Position numbers and translations under genes: made by a program. DNA of 64,000 bases from Chthoniobacterales bacterium (GTDB taxonomy: Bacteria > Verrucomicrobiota > Verrucomicrobiia > Chthoniobacterales > Chthoniobacteraceae), in contig JBBQZX010000002.1 in the NCBI GenBank assembly GCA_038207335.1, forward strand, positions 128,001 to 192,000, written 5' to 3'. Each line of letters opens with the position of its first letter. Position 1 is the stretch's first letter. This document shows, piece by piece, positions 20,401 to 27,669 of the stretch. The notes under the pieces are model-generated. The model was not told the origin of the DNA, did not search any database, and saw only the letters and a program-made list of their open reading frames with translations.

Positions 20401-23400
20401 TCAGCGCCGCGCCGGTTTTCACATTGAGCGCCGGCGTGTTCAGCGTCCCCGCGACGGTGAGCGTCCCACCATTCACGTCGAATTTCGCCGTCGAGGCATA
20501 CGTTCTCCCTGCGCCGACCGTGAACGTCCCGCCCGATGTCGCCGTGATCGGCGTCGTCACATTCGTGTTGAAAGTCACATTGCCCGCCTGGCTTTTGCTC
20601 ACGCCCGCGCCCGCCGTCACAGTGATCGCGCCGCCGCTGAAATCGTAACTCGTCGCCGAGTTCGCGAGCGTGATCGTGTTCGCAGAGACGCCGCCTGCCG
20701 TCACCACGACGCCCGGTCGCGCCGCTCCGAACTCGTCGAACGTCACATTCGCACCCGTCGAAAAGACGTTGTTGTCGCCCGTCCAATTCGCCGTCCCCGT
20801 GTCCCAGCTTCCATTCACCGCGCCCGTCCACGTCAGCAGCGGATTGCCCGCCAGCACTTGCAGCAGCAGCGTTCCCGCGGGCACTGCACCACCGCCCGCC
20901 GCCGCGTCGATCGCATCGCCGGGCTTCAGCACGGAATAGTTGAAATTCGGTTTGCCGTTGATCGTGAAAGTCGCGTTGTCCGTGAAGGTCCCGCTGCCGA
21001 TGACTTTGATCAGCGGATACGTCCCGATGCCAAACCCCGAACTGGCGAGCTGCGTGATATTCAGCACATCGCCGCCCGCGTTCATCAGCAGATTTCCCGT
21101 TCCCGTGATGCTCACCAAATCGCCGTTGCCCGGACTCCCGAAATTGTAGTCGAGCCCGCCCCCGGCATTGATCGTCAGGTTGTTGTTGATCGTGAGCGTG
21201 TTGAATGTGGTTGCGCTCATGTCAGGCGAGAGGTGCCCGGTCGATGTCACCGTCACCGCGCTGTTGATCGTGCCGTTGCCGCCGAGCGTCCCGAAGAGCG
21301 TGCCGTTGCCGACCGAGACGGGAGAGTTGAACAGGGCTGCCGTGCTCGTGAGCGCTGTGCCGGAGCCGATCAGCAGCGTGCCGCCGACGATGCTGGTCGC
21401 GCCGGAAAAGCGGTTATTGGTCCCGCTCAAAGTCTGCGTTCCCGTACCGACTTTCGTCAGAGAGCCGGCGCCCGCCGTCGTGTTGTTCGTGCCGTAAATC
21501 GATCCGATGAAAGCCGTCGAGAGATTGTTCCCACCGAGGATCAAGCCGCCATTCGTCGTCGAGTTGTGATTGGCAATATCGATATTCCCCGCGAGCGAGC
21601 CGAAATACTGGTATTTGCTGGCGATGTCGATCGACTTGCCCACCGTGTTCGGCACCACGTCATGCGTCGCATTATCCCGCACCGTCGTGATCGTGACCGC
21701 CGAGTTGTGCGGCACCTGATCGTTCGCGTCGAAAGTGATGTTCTCCAAGGCATTCCCGCCGCTCCCGTCGTTCCCATCCGTGTAGCTGAACCAAAAATTC
21801 GTCGCGCCCTGATAGTCGTGATTAGCGACGCCGCCGGTTCCCTGCGTGTTATTGAGGTGGATGATCGCTCCGCCACCGCCCCCAGTCTGGCGCGCGTAAT
21901 AGGAGAAACCGCCAACTCCCGTGATCTTGTTCGTGATGATCGCATTCGCTCCGCCCGTGTAGGAGAACGCGCCGCCACGCGTGCCGACCGTCCAGCCCTG
22001 AGTCGCGGTCGTCGTGAACCCCGCAAACGTCCGCAATTCACCTCCATTGAAAGTCACATTGTCCGCCGCCGAACCCGACCCGCCGAGCTGCCCCGCCGCG
22101 TTAATGAGCAGCACGCCTTCATTGATCGTCACCTTTCCTGAAAACGTGTTGCTGTGCTTCGCGTTCTGGTTGTTGCCGTTGCTCAGGTCGAGCAGCCCCG
22201 GCCCGGATTTTGTAAGCCCGACCGGCGAGCCGTTGTCCGTGATAATCGAGGCGATGCGCAGATTGCTGTCGGTATAAACGATCAAATCCGGCACGCCCGC
22301 GCCCGTTGTCACGTTGCCATTTGCACCACCGCTTTCATCGAAGAGATACCCGATGAATGCCATGTTCGGGATGTCCGCCTTGTTGTTGTAAAAGCCCGTG
22401 CCCGTCGCCCCGCTCGAGATGATGCCGCCCGAACCGACCGTCAACGTCACCGTCCGCACGCCCGCCGCACCGTTCGAAAATGTGATGCCGTTTCCATACG
22501 CGCGAGTCGGTGTGGCAGAGCCCGTCCCATTCACCACATAGCTGGCGGGGGGGATGACACCGGAACCATTCACCGGCGTGCTCCCACCGGTCAGGAAAAG
22601 CGAGTTCACCGTCGTGTTCGCCGTCAGATTCACCGTGCTCCCGCTGCCCGCGTCGTACTTCGCATTGTCGGTCGAAACTGAGCCCGCCGTGAATGGCGAA
22701 TAGGCAGTGAACGGCACGACGAGCCCGCTGCCATCCGTCGTCGCGAAATTCAATCCCGCCCCCGCCGAAGTCCCAGTCACCGCCCAACCGCCGATAATCC
22801 CATTCGATAGCGTCACATTCGGCGCGGCTACGATCGAGCCGGGATCGATCGCAAAAAGAACCGTCCCGCCGCGCGAGCGATTGAAGCTCGGCGTCACCCC
22901 GGCCGCTCCGAAAATGAACCCCGATCCTGAGCCCGTGGCCTGCACCACACTCGCGCCCGAAGCGACTCCGAGCGTGCCGACCGTCTCGACCGTGCCCGAC
23001 GCATTTCCAATGAGCCGGATGATCCCGCCACTGCTCGTGATCGTAGTCCCATCCGAGATCCGATTCGCATTCTGCACCGCGCTCGAGTCGAGCGTCAGCG
23101 CGGTCCCCGCACCGAGCGCGATGCCACTGGTATTGAGGATCGAGCCCGCGCCGCTGAGCGTCAGCGAACCGGTGAAAACCGACGTCGCTCCAGCATACGT
23201 ATTGGCGTTTGTGAAGTTGAACTTTCCCGAGCCCGCGATCGTCAGCGCATTCGCCGCCGCTCCCGAAATCACGCCGCTCTGCGTGTACTCGCTCGCTGAA
23301 TTATTCGTCCATCGCTGCGAAGCGCCGAGCGCCACCGCGCTGCTCACAGTCACCGTCGCCGAGCCATTGTGCGTCACGCCACCGCTCCCGATCGTGAGCA

Positions 23401-23761
23401 AATTCCCGCCGCCGATCGTCACCGGCGTCGTCGCAAGCGGCGTGAAATTCAGGCTCCGAATTGCGAAGTCAGCGCCGAGCTGCGTGTTGAGATTTCCCGC
23501 GCCCGCGAGATTGAAAAACACATCGTCGCTCGAGCCAGGAATGCCCGCTGTGCCTTGATTGAAGTCCCCCGACGACGACCAATTCGTCCCCGCCGGACCC
23601 GCGATCGTATTCCAAAAACCATCGCTGTCCCCGAACCAAAATAATGACGCCGCCTGCACCGACGCGCCCGTGAGCACAGCCGTGCAAGCAAGCTTGAGAG
23701 ACAAACGACCACGCGAAATGCGCGCGGGTTTTGTCGACTGATGAGAGTGAGAAATGTGCAT
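17480..23761 (-). CDS. Large (2093 aa) PEP-CTERM surface protein with autotransporter-associated beta-strand repeats and a PA14-like domain
   Basis: Signal peptide (..GASVQA), repeats of the type LTKVGTGTQTLSGTNNRFSGATSIVGGTL, PA14-like FGTNSDDGSSIYID...YYNGTGGA, and C-terminal IPEPGSLGLLLAAVAGLGLRRR. Confidence 0.9.
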   Translation of the reverse strand: MHISHSHQSTKPARISRGRLSLKLACTAVLTGASVQAASLFWFGDSDGFWNTIAGPAGTNWSSSGDFNQGTAGIPGSSDDVFFNLAGAGNLNTQLGADFAIRSLNFTPLATTPVTIGGGNLLTIGSGGVTHNGSATVTVSSAVALGASQRWTNNSASEYTQSGVISGAAANALTIAGSGKFNFTNANTYAGATSVFTGSLTLSGAGSILNTSGIALGAGTALTLDSSAVQNANRISDGTTITSSGGIIRLIGNASGTVETVGTLGVASGASVVQATGSGSGFIFGAAGVTPSFNRSRGGTVLFAIDPGSIVAAPNVTLSNGIIGGWAVTGTSAGAGLNFATTDGSGLVVPFTAYSPFTAGSVSTDNAKYDAGSGSTVNLTANTTVNSLFLTGGSTPVNGSGVIPPASYVVNGTGSATPTRAYGNGITFSNGAAGVRTVTLTVGSGGIISSGATGTGFYNNKADIPNMAFIGYLFDESGGANGNVTTGAGVPDLIVYTDSNLRIASIITDNGSPVGLTKSGPGLLDLSNGNNQNAKHSNTFSGKVTINEGVLLINAAGQLGGSGSAADNVTFNGGELRTFAGFTTTATQGWTVGTRGGAFSYTGGANAIITNKITGVGGFSYYARQTGGGGGAIIHLNNTQGTGGVANHDYQGATNFWFSYTDGNDGSGGNALENITFDANDQVPHNSAVTITTVRDNATHDVVPNTVGKSIDIASKYQYFGSLAGNIDIANHNSTTNGGLILGGNNLSTAFIGSIYGTNNTTAGAGSLTKVGTGTQTLSGTNNRFSGATSIVGGTLLIGSGTALTSTAALFNSPVSVGNGTLFGTLGGNGTINSAVTVTSTGHLSPDMSATTFNTLTINNNLTINAGGGLDYNFGSPGNGDLVSITGTGNLLMNAGGDVLNITQLASSGFGIGTYPLIKVIGSGTFTDNATFTINGKPNFNYSVLKPGDAIDAAAGGGAVPAGTLLLQVLAGNPLLTWTGAVNGSWDTGTANWTGDNNVFSTGANVTFDEFGAARPGVVVTAGGVSANTITLANSATSYDFSGGAITVTAGAGVSKSQAGNVTFNTNVTTPITATSGGTFTVGAGRTYASTAKFDVNGGTLTVAGTLNTPALNVKTGAALNVSSLGALGSTTALDVAGSAIFLGSTQTLGALTGVASGTVNLAGPTELSLSSGAFDGTIAGVGGVTKIGAGVLALTGANTFSGSVAVKNGTLSVPGFAATGTPQPLGAGTSDLVLGDVATAGTLRYTGNGATTQRGITLAAGGGGLESAAPGQLFSVGGTVVNGAAPLTLLGAGNGSITSPLTGSGNVTKQDAGTWTLAGTSAPSGATATTVFTIQSGTLAALSDGNNSALGAGTVTLNGGTLGLSGTTFATFDNAVTVAQNATIQGLQATGGAANQFVQIGGTKNVTVAAGKVVTLGTANGYTLNVAGNITGAGGVTSTGTVNLNGATNNFAGPLVVSGGVFSVNGGLAIPSTASVSGGVFNANVPISVNNLVVSGGTYNGSAALISAGPVSITGGIAHVTAATGGIGSTTVNVTGGTLQFDAGFGGSASFAGTGITNDSVLQVKSGVADLGNIVIGTTKPHATAGPADQLQGRYFRPGDVGVGDFTGANGDPFISFENGNTFRTLTPGAIGTLTNVNLNFNGGDIQTRANAIVPNFYANTDNEGVAWVGRLNVGGANLPAGDISFGTNSDDGSSIYIDLNQNGIFETNERVIGNLGPHGVVTVTNTVNLAAGSYKFAIGYYNGTGGAQIDAKFAIGSGVAFATQAFINPGSATQLGVFSAPNTPGGQLRIDDSGTLSAGGFTADAITFTGGSGSLVLKSHAAPLASAADSITLQSDFTQGTLDLAAGNAVTIGVVNLGNNGGLVKTGAGSLAIAGAGTGTGSVSVAGGPLFVNGSITGSVNVNAGMLGGTGRVVGPTTVAAGATIAPGVVGTGTLATGDFNLSAPTAHLSIELGGTTIGSFDRLNVTGAVSLSGDLLSSIIGGFTPAVNDTFFIILNDGGDSVFGTFANAANNGNGTGTIDYGNNFRVLVNYSADAATSNFAVGSGNDVAVQLLSIPEPGSLGLLLAAVAGLGLRRRGGARRHGHLVVGVV

Positions 23762-23932
23762 AATACTCGCGGGTAATGAACGGGGGGTTGACCGGAACCA
23801 GAGCGCACGACGGGAAGCCGCACGCACAGTTTGTGTTACGCGACCGTCACACGACCGCAACATGAATCCTCGGAATCCTCGGACATTTTCCGATAACCAC
23901 CGCTACTGCTCCACCGGAGCCTCCCGCCTGTC

Positions 23933-24700
23933 CTACGTCTTCACCGTGCCCCACCGTCGGTGCAGAAATCGCTCCCACGGCGAGAACAAAATCTTATCCG
24001 CGAGCAGACCGATCGCCACGATGATGAGCATGATCCCGATGACCTGATCCATCGCGTGCAGGTCGCGACCGTAGTTGAGCAATTGACCGAGCCCGAAGCC
24101 CGTCAGGATCGTGACGTAAATCTCGGCCGCCATCAGCGAGCGCCATGCGAATGCCCAGCCCTGCTTGATTCCGCTCACGATGAATGGCAGCGATGCGGGC
24201 AGAATCACTTTGAACCATGTGTGGATGCCGTTCGAGCCCATGCAGCGGGCGGCGCGAGCGTAAATCGGCGGCACGTTTTTGACCCCGGTATCCGTCGCCA
24301 ACGCGACCGACCAAACCGTGCCCATCACCACCACGAACAGCATCGCCATCTCCGTCTGCCCAAACCAAATCAACGCCAGCGGGACCCAGCAGACGCTCGG
24401 CAGCGCCTGCAGGCCGAGCCCGAGCACGCCGATCGTGTCATGCGCCCACTGGAATCGCGCAGTCAGCAAACCGAGCGGCACGCCGACCGCGACTCCCGCA
24501 AAATAGCCGAGCAGGAGCCGCTTCGTCGTGACCGCGAGCGCCTGCAAAAGCGTGCCGTCGGCAATCGCGCCGTGCAGATATTCCCAAACCGCGATCGGAG
24601 GTGGTAGGATGACAGGCGACCACTTCCCACTCGCCGCGAGCGCATACCAGACACCGACGAGCGCGGCGAAAAACACGAAAGCTGCAAAAGCGCGTTTCAT
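23933..24700 (-). CDS. NitT/TauT/Ssu-family ABC transporter permease
   Basis: ILPPP, LQALPSVCWVPL, AARCMG EAA loop, AWRSLMAAE, GLGQLL. Confidence 0.9.
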   Translation of the reverse strand: MKRAFAAFVFFAALVGVWYALAASGKWSPVILPPPIAVWEYLHGAIADGTLLQALAVTTKRLLLGYFAGVAVGVPLGLLTARFQWAHDTIGVLGLGLQALPSVCWVPLALIWFGQTEMAMLFVVVMGTVWSVALATDTGVKNVPPIYARAARCMGSNGIHTWFKVILPASLPFIVSGIKQGWAFAWRSLMAAEIYVTILTGFGLGQLLNYGRDLHAMDQVIGIMLIIVAIGLLADKILFSPWERFLHRRWGTVKT

Positions 24701-25527
24701 CAGTCCGCCACCTCCCCGGTGCGGTGCGATTTGAGCGCCGCGGTGATCTCCGTCGAGTAATTCGCGAGGCTCGGGCTGTTGATGTCCCGCGGCCGCGGCA
24801 GGTCGATCTTGAACTGCTCCCGGATGCGGCCCGGATGCGGCGAGAATAGCACGACGCGATCGGCCAGACACGCGGCCTCGCGGACATTGTGAGTCACGAA
24901 CACAATCGTCTTTTTGCGCGCCTGCCAGATCGTCTGAAGATCGCCGTAAAGCTGCTCGCGCGTCATCGCATCGAGCGCGGCGAATGGCTCGTCCATCAAG
25001 AGCACACGAGGGTTCGGAGCCAGCGACCGCGCGAGCGCCACGCGCTGCCGCATCCCACCGGAGAGCTCATGGATGTTCGATTTCGCATACCGTTCCAGCC
25101 CGACGAGCTTGATGTAAAACATCGCGACTTCCTGCCGCTCCTTGTCTTTTAACCCTGGCTTGAGCTTCAGCCCGAAGAGCACATTTCCGATCACATTCAG
25201 CCACGGAAAAAGCGCCGATTCCTGAAACATCACCATCCGGTCGCGGGCCGGCCCCGTCACCATTCGGCCCTCCGTCATCACCGCGCCCTGATCGGGAAAA
25301 TCGAGCCCGGCAATCATGTTCAAAAGCGTCGATTTTCCGCAGCCACTCGGCCCGACGAGGCAGACGAACTCACCTTCGCCGACCGTGAGGCTCACGTCGT
25401 CGATCGCGTGCGTCTGAACCACGCCGTCACGAAACCATTTAGACACGCCATTGATCGAAAGCTTTGCCGGCGGGAGCACGCGCAGCTCCTCCGCAACTGC
25501 GTTTGTTTTCGACATTTCTGGCTCCAT
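24700..25527 (-). CDS. NitT/TauT/Ssu-family ABC transporter ATP-binding protein
   Basis: GPSGCGKS Walker A, LSGGMRQR signature, LLMDEPF Walker B; start uncertain (25527 or 25515). Confidence 0.92.
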   Translation of the reverse strand: MEPEMSKTNAVAEELRVLPPAKLSINGVSKWFRDGVVQTHAIDDVSLTVGEGEFVCLVGPSGCGKSTLLNMIAGLDFPDQGAVMTEGRMVTGPARDRMVMFQESALFPWLNVIGNVLFGLKLKPGLKDKERQEVAMFYIKLVGLERYAKSNIHELSGGMRQRVALARSLAPNPRVLLMDEPFAALDAMTREQLYGDLQTIWQARKKTIVFVTHNVREAACLADRVVLFSPHPGRIREQFKIDLPRPRDINSPSLANYSTEITAALKSHRTGEVAD

Positions 25528-25583
25528 CGGGCGCAGAAGATTTTCGCTGGCGTCGCGCCGGGCAAGTCCCAAATCTGCGGCGC

Positions 25584-26579
25584 TCACTTCGGGATATCGA
25601 CGAGCCGCCCAAGGTCCGCGGAGCCCTTCAAAAAGCCCACCGCCTGGGCGTCCTTCAGCAGCCCCTCGAAGCTCGCCGCCGAAATTTGATTCGTAAATTT
25701 CATTCGCGGCCACGCCCGCTCCATTACCTCCGACGGTAGCTCCCTCTTCGTGATTTCCTTCAGTGCCGAGCGAACAAGTTCCTTCGCCTCCGCCGGATGT
25801 TCATTGATCCACTGCGTCAGCTCCGCATGCGCCGCCGCGAATTTCTTCACGAGTTCCGGCTGCTCGCGCAACGCCTTTTCGCTCGCCGCAAGCACCGTCG
25901 TCACCGCCCCTTTTTCCTCGAGGAAAATCTTCCCCTTCGACTCCAGCTCCAACCGCGAAACCCACGGCTCCACCGTCCACGCGCCGTCGATCTGCCCATT
26001 CTGGAAAAGGGTTAGTTGATCAGCATTCGCGGTCGGCAGCACCGTTACGTCGCCGCCGAGTTGTGTGAGTTTGTAGCCCTGCTTTTGCAGCCACACGCGC
26101 GCCGCCACATCCTGCGTATTCCCGAGCTGGGGAGTCGCGATTTTCTTCCCGAGAAAATCTTCCGCCTTCGCAATCCGTCCATCGCCCTGCACGACGAGCG
26201 CCGCACCGCCATCCGCCGCGCCGGCGATCACGCGGATCGAATTCCCCTGTGCGCGGATGTAGGCATTCAGCACCGGCCCCGGCCCCACGTAGGTCAGGTC
26301 AATCGACTCTGCAAACATCGCCTCCATCGCCTGCGGCCCTGCATTGTATATGAACCACTGAATCTCCACATCCGGGCCGAGCCGCGACTCGAACCAGCCC
26401 TTTCCATCGCGCTGGAGCTGGGTCGCAACGAGCGCCTGCGCGTGCGTCACATTCGGAAAATGCCCCACGCGCAAGACGGTCTTCCCATCAGCGCGCTTCG
26501 CCGATTTCGCCGGTCCGCAGGCGGGAAGTAACACGGCGAAAATCACGACAACAAAAGTGAGCAGACGTTGCAATTTCAT
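25584..26579 (-). CDS. SsuA-like ABC transporter substrate-binding lipoprotein (aliphatic sulfonate family)
   Basis: Lipobox LPAC; VGHFPNVTHAQA, AGP, YVGPGP, ATPQLGNTQDVA, EPW motifs. Confidence 0.85.
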   Translation of the reverse strand: MKLQRLLTFVVVIFAVLLPACGPAKSAKRADGKTVLRVGHFPNVTHAQALVATQLQRDGKGWFESRLGPDVEIQWFIYNAGPQAMEAMFAESIDLTYVGPGPVLNAYIRAQGNSIRVIAGAADGGAALVVQGDGRIAKAEDFLGKKIATPQLGNTQDVAARVWLQKQGYKLTQLGGDVTVLPTANADQLTLFQNGQIDGAWTVEPWVSRLELESKGKIFLEEKGAVTTVLAASEKALREQPELVKKFAAAHAELTQWINEHPAEAKELVRSALKEITKRELPSEVMERAWPRMKFTNQISAASFEGLLKDAQAVGFLKGSADLGRLVDIPK

Positions 26580-26661
26580 GGGATGGCGCTCTTGGAGCCG
26601 CAGTGAAATCCACGGGAGTCGCACGGCTTGCAATCCATTTTCGCTCCAAGGAGCACACGAC

Positions 26662-27552
26662 TCACCCGCGTTTGTATTCCGCACTCGCCGCGGTGATCCC
26701 CGACGTCACGCATTCCGGACACATCCGCCGCTCGGAATCTTCATCTTCCGCCTCCTCCGCCAGCAGGAAAAGCCGGTGACATGGGTCGTGCAGGCAATTC
26801 ACAAACCGGCTCGTCGGGCGACCCGTGTGAGCGCATTTGCCGACCTGCACGAGCCCTTCGTCCACCTTCACTGTCATGCGCTGGTCGAAGACGAAACACT
26901 CCCCGAGCCAGTGCTCATTCCCGAACTCCTTCTGGTAGCTCAGGATGCCGCCGTGCAACTGATGCACCGACGCAAAACCCCTGCTGCGAAGCAGCGCGGA
27001 CGCCTTTTCGCACCGAATCCCACCCGTGCAATACATGAGGATCGGCTTCGTTTTCAGATGCTCGATCTGCGCGACGAAATCCGGCAGTTCGCGGAAATTC
27101 TCGATCTCACACGCGACCGCATTTTCAAACTTCCCCGCGTCCGACTCATACCGATTCCGCACGTCGAGCACCACCGCTTCGGGGTCGCCTTCCATCCGCG
27201 ATTTCCACTCCGCAGGCGTGAGATGATTGTCCACATCCGGCGCGGCGATTTCCGGCGCATTCAGCGTCACGATCTCCCGCCGCACTTTCACGACGAGCTT
27301 TGGAAAAGTGCGTGCATCGCCGTCGCTGATCTTGAATTCCACATCCGCAAACCGCGCATCCCCCTGCAGCGCGCGGCGATACTCCGCGGTCGCCGATTCC
27401 GTCCCCGCGAGCGTCCCGTTGATGCCTTCCTCCGCGATCAAGACCCGACCTTTCAACCCAAGCGACTCGCACAAAACACGCTGCTCCGAGGCGAACGCGG
27501 CAGGGTCGGCGATGGGGACATATTTGTAGAAAAGGAGGACGGGGTGAGTCAT
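26662..27552 (-). CDS. trhO: Rhodanese-related protein, TrhO/YceA family (tRNA uridine hydroxylase)
   Basis: VLLFYKY, GRVLIAEEGINGT, LDVRNRYE, YCTGGIRCEKAS, QLHGGI, GECFVFDQR; true start taken as MTHPV (C-terminal part of the 755-aa track ORF). Confidence 0.88.
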   Translation of the reverse strand: MTHPVLLFYKYVPIADPAAFASEQRVLCESLGLKGRVLIAEEGINGTLAGTESATAEYRRALQGDARFADVEFKISDGDARTFPKLVVKVRREIVTLNAPEIAAPDVDNHLTPAEWKSRMEGDPEAVVLDVRNRYESDAGKFENAVACEIENFRELPDFVAQIEHLKTKPILMYCTGGIRCEKASALLRSRGFASVHQLHGGILSYQKEFGNEHWLGECFVFDQRMTVKVDEGLVQVGKCAHTGRPTSRFVNCLHDPCHRLFLLAEEAEDEDSERRMCPECVTSGITAASAEYKRG

Positions 27553-27568
27553 GCGCGGTGAGGCGGAA

Positions 27569-27608
27569 AACGTCGGACATCCAACGCCGAACGTCGAATG
27601 CCGAAGCG
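27569..27608 (+). repeat. Degenerate heptamer tandem repeat (AACGTCG/AACGCCG type) between the divergent trhO and valS
   Basis: aacgtcg gacatcc aacgccg aacgtcg aatgccg aag. Confidence 0.55.
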
Positions 27609-27669
27609 CGGCGCAGTGCATTCCGCTTTGCCAAATGAGCGGCGGTCGCCGACATTCCGCGCCCTTTTT

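Noticed and set aside
20090..22141. 683-aa plus-strand ORF and other long antisense ORFs (e.g. 36365..38203, 49591..50754, 61964..63244)
   Set aside because: Arg-rich shadow frames opposite well-supported genes, as expected in high-GC DNA; no motifs.
23864..23883. GAATCCTCG direct repeat upstream of the large PEP-CTERM gene
   Set aside because: Only two copies, with no recognisable regulator motif or sigma54 box; insufficient support.
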